Positions 57,937 to 64,000 of a stretch of DNA of 64,000 bases are shown here, one piece after another. Position 1 is the first letter of the stretch. The number at the start of each line of letters is the position of its first letter. The stretch comes from Eledone cirrhosa (lineage: Eukaryota), in contig OZ024742.1 of the NCBI GenBank assembly GCA_964016885.1, positions 133,672,001 to 133,736,000 on the forward strand. Reading direction: 5' to 3'. Under the pieces are notes generated by a model. The model saw only the letters and a list, made by a program, of their open reading frames with translations. It was not told where the DNA came from and did no database searches. The translations under genes were made by a program, and so were the position numbers.

Positions 57937-58034
57937 TAGGTGGCTGCTTTGCTGAGACCGGGAAGACTATTTCTCATGGGATTACTCAATGCAAGGGGCC
58001 ATGCAAAGTGAGTATAGAACAAAGGTAAAATACC
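57685..58034. repeat. Degenerate inverted repeat enclosing complementary (CT)n and (GA)n tracts
   Basis: cccttgcattcggtactcccatgataaatagtcttcccg versus cgggaagactatttctcatgggattactcaatgcaaggg. Confidence 0.75.
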
Positions 58035-58107
58035 ACCTTTATTTACACTCTACATCGGTATCGAATACTGTTTTCTCGAAACCATGAAACACACACACAC
58101 ACACACC

Positions 58108-58138
<31 letters not shown>

Positions 58139-58395
58139 ACACACACACACACATATATATTCTAGAGCGGGTAAAGTTCCCGAGATCCATGGACGAGTTC
58201 TCTCCAGCGGTCTCTGTCCCTCATTATCGCTGCCATGTCCCGCGTCTCCAACAGACCAGTGTCTGTCCTTAGGGCATCAACATACGTTAATCTTGGTCTT
58301 CCTCTTCCAGTGTGTCCATGTATATATATATTACCAGTTTGTGAAGATTGATTTCTAAAAATGGTAATCGCAGCTGCAACTTCGATTTTACAAAC

Positions 58396-58445
<50 letters not shown>

Positions 58446-58502
58446 GGTAACAAGTTATCGTTACAGGTAATGCAGTTAGAAGTTATAAGTACTCTGCCGC
58501 GT

Positions 58503-58610
58503 GGTATTCTGAGGATTTGATCAGAGGTAAATAATGGAGATCGAGTGACGCAACTTCAAGCGATTAACGGACTCTATACTCACCTGATCAATGAAACAAT
58601 TGTTAATACC
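58503..58610 (+). ncRNA. Type I hammerhead with long structured stem II, intact core
   Basis: ggtatt-CTGAGGA-t-ttgatcag[59 nt]ctgatcaa-t-GAAA-caattg-TT-aatacc, then AATAAA. Perfect 6-bp stem I and 8-bp stem II base; cassette 58444-58666 lies between (TA)n tracts. Confidence 0.88.
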
Positions 58611-58663
58611 TGAAATAAAGCCCCTTGTTGTACAGCCAACCATGTTACTCTTCATTCTTTCAC

Positions 58664-58712
<49 letters not shown>

Positions 58713-58750
58713 ATACTTTGGGAGGGTCATGTTGCCAATATTCAGAAACG

Positions 58751-58801
<51 letters not shown>

Positions 58802-58900
58802 TAGATAGATATATATATATATATAAAGAAAAAAAAGATGAAATCTAAAATGCAACTGGAGTCTTATTTTTTTTTTTAAATATATATATTTATTTGGTTC

Positions 58901-58936
58901 GATTACCGGTTTCGCAGTTCTTCTGCTTTTCAAAAG
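58901..58936 (-). ncRNA. Hammerhead, U3:A8 core variant, weak stem I
   Basis: tt-TTGAAAA-gcag(aagaa)ctgc-GAAA-ccgg-TA-atc, then AATAAA. Confidence 0.65.
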
Positions 58937-58968
58937 TAGAGTTGAGATGGAGGGTGTGTGGTTTTTCT

Positions 58969-59048
<80 letters not shown>

Positions 59049-59139
59049 ACTTTCTTCATAACGCATTGTTTGGGTTTTCAAAAAATAAAAATGTCTGTTT
59101 CCTTTTCAACAATGCTTCAAGTAAGCTACGCAACTGTTT

Positions 59140-59228
<89 letters not shown>

Positions 59229-60109
59229 GTGTGTGTGTGTGTGTGTGTGAGTGTGTACTGAGTGAGAAATATGGTTGACGTATGCATATGATATTGCGCA
59301 TCCCCCGGTCTCCCAGTTATGTCATCATGCCCACACTCAAAGTACGCACACGTGTGTGCGAGTATTCATCAGTAGATGATGCCTGTAGTGCAATGGGGAA
59401 TACAGGTATTACAATTTTAATTTTCAATGTTTTCTGTTTATATATTTTTTTTTATTTGTGATGCGTTTGTATTAAGTGTGTAACTGTAGAGGTTGTTTTT
59501 TTAAACATTCCACTCCTGTGTAGCCTGGTAGCGTTTCTTGTTCGTGTTAGTATAGGGGCATGCTATTTCCGAAACCAGTAGCTGACTTAAATTTAACTAT
59601 GTCTTGTTACCGATTTGTCTCTACATATTTTAACATTCTATGATTTTCTTTTAAATTCTGAACAGGAAAATGGGTGAAACGATCTCTTTAGTATCTTCCG
59701 TATAGATGTTGCATGGATACCTATGCGGTGTATTTGGAGCAGCATTCAGTAGACACTTCCAATAAACTGTTAATACATCCAGTTTTTATAATCCAAAACG
59801 TTGGGAAATAATGCAATGATCATTTGTTCCTGCTGACAAGTATAGGAATACTGGCAGTTGAAACTAGCCGTCATGTTCTGTCGGTTTAACGGATATTGCA
59901 TTGCGAAAATCTTCTAGCTACGGGACAAGAATCCCTATATACATTCGTGCGCAATCACGTAAAACATTCAATACATTATTCCCCAAAATACGCAGAATTT
60001 TCAAATCTGAGAAATACTGAACAACAATAATGAGAGAAATTTAAAAATGTAAAACAATAACTATAAACTGTCAAATGATTTTCTACATTAATATTATGTA
60101 TGTATTCTT

Positions 60110-60880
60110 GTTTTGTAAATTTTGAAAAGGCCTCTGTCCGCATTCCAAGAGGCCTGTTGTGGAAGCTTGTCCAGTTGCATGGGATCGATGGGCAGCTTCT
60201 TTTTTCCCTGTTGTCTCTATATGAAGGTGCTTAATTGAAACCATTTAATGCGTGAATCACAAAGCAACAAGTTTGCCCACAGTCACCACTCATGTTCATT
60301 ATTTTCATGAACAGGATTGACATGCTCAGCCTGGTTGGAAGTGGTATCACGAGATAACTGCTTAAAACATGTCCTATGACATGCAATTGCTAGGTTGGAT
60401 GCCGAGTTCTGAGCTGCTGGAATGAAAATCAGTGCTGCAAAGTCTGAGACACACACACGCTGAAGGACATGTGAATGGAGAGCCACTGAATCAGGTGGAA
60501 GATTTCAAATATCTCGGGGCTGTCTGCAGGAGTGAGAGTAGGCTGAAGGCTAAAATAATTCGCTATTTGTGCCAACACATGAATCTTGGATAATAGCTGA
60601 CAAAATGCGACCTCGAATACAACTGGCCGAAACGGTGCTCCTGAGTAGGGTTTTTAGAGTAATGTTACACTATAGAATGCGTAGATCGGAGATCAGAAAT
60701 TGGCTCGACTAAATCCGACACCTCTCCGATATTACGGAAATGTGCTCAGTATTTCTCAAGAAAAATGGCTGTGCAGAATTTTACAGACATAAATTATTAG
60801 TATGAAATCCAGTTGTAAACTCTGAGCAAGAGGTTTGTATAATATCCATGAGTTCGGCTTGTCTCTTTTAGGGCCCCAGC
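60110..60880 (+). mobile_element. Decayed RTE-clade LINE RT remnant
   Basis: FEKASVRIPRGLLWKLVQLHGIDGQLLFSLLSLYE; LNQVEDFKYLGAV; ESWIIADKMRPRIQLAETVLLSRVFRVMLHYRMRRSEIRNWL. Confidence 0.8.
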
Positions 60881-62200
60881 TGGATCAATGTTTATAAAGA
60901 CACACACTAGCTAAGATATTTCAGCGGATATACGAATATTGGTTATCATTCATTATATGTACATTTCACGCTTACACTTTGATGTTATTAACAAAGATAA
61001 ATATGTGCCTACTCTTTAAATTAATTTTCATCAGCTTTACTAAGGCGTATCCATAAGGAGTGACTCCTGTAATATCATCTTGTCATCTATTCCTTTCGAT
61101 AGCGTGCCAAAGATAATTTTAATAAAATTTAACATGTTGAATAATTCAGAATTTTATCCTTATTAGTATTTAAGTAACTACACTATTTCTAAATGAATTA
61201 TTCATCCCAAATAGTCTGAGAATTCTTTTCGAACTATTCCAGAATTGTCAAATATAAATATATCAAAAACCTGCAAAGCTGATATATTTAATCTGAAATT
61301 GAAATGTAAAGTCAACTGCAACATTACCATCATTAATATTTCACATGAAGCAATGACAGCGGCCTATACACAAAGGTATTAATGCAGCACCAAGCAACAA
61401 GATATATCTGCGGCTAAAGCTAGGTAATAAACTTAGCATCAAATATTCTGTGACAATAAATAGTCGTACTAATTTGTAAATAGATGTATCTGTTATACCT
61501 TGATGAATTCTATTTTAATCCGATCGTACGTTATAGCAGATATGAGGTAACATACTGACAAGTCTACTCTACCATGGACTTGATATGCCGATATGTACAT
61601 TGCTATGGAAGATATAATGTAATCGTAAATTTGCTTACCTGAACTTACGAACCGGACAACATTGTTAAGTCGTTTGGCCGACAAAGTTCCTGTCATGAAT
61701 GAGTAAACTGTCAATATATTTTCCTAACCTTGCATCATTCAAACACAAAAGACTTATAAACATTGTGTTTTCTACATCAAAAGCAACAAAATGCAACGCA
61801 GTAAATGCACTGTAGAAATACGTATTGTTTTAACGTATTCACATTGAGTGAGTATTGTCTCGACCTCGAAATACAATATATGAATAGCAGGTGTTATATT
61901 GTCCAGTGTATATGAAATCCAGCCTTTTTACTGTACAAAGAAAGAAACAAACAACATGTATATTATTTATAGTGAATGCATATGAATATGCATGTCATTC
62001 GTCTGAAATAACTTCACTGACAATACATTTGACAATAAGTTTAACGTTTGGTATAAAGACAGATATTTGCACAGGGTTGAGTAGGCTTGAAATATTATGC
62101 ACCTACAAAATCAAACTTACAAAAAGTATTCAGAATTTAACTAAACCTGCAGTATATTTATTTACAAATATACAATATATCCATTCAAATATACATATAC

Positions 62201-62299
<99 letters not shown>

Positions 62300-62460
62300 G
62301 ATAACAAAATATCGGTATAGGTAATCCAGTTAGAAGTTGTGAATACTTCGTATTGTGGATAGTTTTAGCGTACGGCGTTGTTTGACTCAACAAGATGTTT
62401 CGTAAGTGGCGAATTTATGAGTTCTGTTGCATTCCTATGTAACTTTATCTTGGAGTACTA

Positions 62461-62692
62461 ATATTGAAAGAGTGAAGAATAACGTGGTCAACAGTACAAA
62501 AAAAAAAGGTTTTATTTACAGTCTAACAATTGTTTCACTGATTAAGTTGTCTAAAGATTGCTGAACACTTGAAGCTGTGCCACTCAATGTTACATACGTT
62601 GTTAGATTAACCAGATCATCAGAGACATTGTTAGACTGTAAATAGAATCCTATTTTTACTGTTGGCCATGTTATTCTTCGCTCTTTCAATAT
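62461..62692. repeat. Fold-back: about 66-bp inverted arms (62461-62530 / 62627-62692) around a hammerhead
   Basis: atattgaaagagtgaagaataacgtggtcaacagta...tatttacagtctaacaat versus attgttagactgtaaata...tactgttggccatgttattcttcgctctttcaatat. Confidence 0.88.
62521..62626 (-). ncRNA. Type I hammerhead with long structured stem II, intact core
   Basis: gtct-CTGATGA-t-ctggttaa[about 60 nt]ttaatcag-t-GAAA-caattg-TT-agac. Confidence 0.85.
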
Positions 62693-63204
62693 ATATATGC
62701 TATTTCAGAACACTAATACACATTTCTAATTAATGCACAGCCCACAATTGCTCTATAGGAAAATGAGTTGAAAAGCTCATAAACATAATTGGAATTCTGC
62801 TTCGATAGCTTTCAGCAAAGGCGGAGGTAAATTTATTCTTGATAACCATTTATAAGTGAGAAACGGTGGCCGTCGATTACTTCCCTTTATTTTTGCTGAA
62901 ACTAGATATGTGACGTTAGTTCCTACCTTTCAAGCCATAGCGAATGGCCTTCAAAATATTTTAAAATAAACATACAGTATATTGTTGAATATACAATATG
63001 TACATATCCAGAAATATTTCAAACATATTAATGACTCCAAATGTCAGTGTATTACATACGTGGTCATCATTCGAATAATTATTGAGGAAATCAAACATTT
63101 GATTCAATCGTGTGTAAAATATTATAGCGTATATAAAACTGACGCAAGGCAAACGTGTTTTAGGAAGAATCTGCAGAGTCAATGATATCAACGTCAGTAA
63201 TTCA

Positions 63205-63450
63205 TGTAGTGGAGGCGTATGTGCTAGTGGTATGGTTATTGGATTTGTGACCACAATGTCATGGATTCTATAATTTGACTGGGTTGTAAGTGGCGGCTTT
63301 GAGTAAAACACATCATTTCACATTCCTAAAATAAAATGTGTACCAACTATAGTCGGAGGCTTAACGGTGTGATGGTCTGGTGTCCTCTCCCGGGGGTAAT
63401 CTCGGACTCGCAGTCGCATTGCGCCAACATAACCGGGATAAGCACCGGCC
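63205..63450 (+). mobile_element. Old tRNA-derived SINE with CORE-like and V-domain-like segments
   Basis: ggaggcgtatgtgctagtggt (A-box-like); ctttgagtaaaacacatcatttcac (CORE-like); tgtgatggtctggtgtcctctcccgggg and aaccgggataagcaccggcctgatg (V-SINE-like 3' part). Confidence 0.5.
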
Positions 63451-64000
63451 TGATGAACCTCCCATTTCGAGACTGTAATTTAGACTGTAATTAATGTGAA
63501 CACCGGCGATATTGAGCGAAGAACATAAGAAATACGACACGGTATAGTAGAAGGATTTTAAAACCATACTTTCTGTATTGATAATAATTCATCTAATGAC
63601 GCTTATACTGACACAGTACAACGATTTCTCATGTAAACGAGCCAACTGATGAAATGTTATTTAATATTTCAGTACCCTAGTTATTGCATGAAACGTGTGT
63701 CCAATGCATTCAAAATCAAATGGACGAACATGAACAAAAGTTGTTGGCGTTGGTAATATTCTCGTAGAGACAAACAATTAATCTTCACAATGAACATCTT
63801 AATGATACTTACTATATACAGCGAAACATACGTCTATTTCTGAAGTATATATCTGAATAGCAAATTACAATGAATCATTGTCAGAATTGATTGCTATAAG
63901 AACCTAAAGCAATGTGAGTAAAAGGATAACTACCCAAGAGTTTTTTTCTAGTATTAATACAATAACGTATATTTATAATATGGAATACGTGGCTATTTCA

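Overview
AT-rich animal DNA saturated with microsatellites ((TA)n, (CA)n, (GA)n). The SINE families and repeat landscape resemble an octopod cephalopod genome (inference). No host protein-coding gene can be supported, and most ORFs in the track are translated microsatellites. The window is mostly decayed transposons: a near full-length Penelope-like element (PLE; RT + GIY-YIG, inverted 5' pLTR, 25.3-31.7 kb), two 5'-truncated Naiad-like PLEs, a decayed RepHel Helitron with an intact 3' hairpin-CTAG end plus non-autonomous Helitrons, Ty3/gypsy, CR1-like and RTE remnants, and about ten tRNA-derived Deu/Nin-domain SINE copies. The most striking unannotated signal is about 20 type I hammerhead ribozyme (HHR) motifs, intact or decayed. 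They sit mostly in short non-coding cassettes between (TA)n tracts or in fold-back structures. They include a compensatory U3:A8 core in several unrelated families, a U4C core, hammerheads with a long stem II carrying a shared CUUCAA hairpin, and a terminally redundant 591-bp retrozyme-like unit. All structures were read by eye; none was computed or tested.
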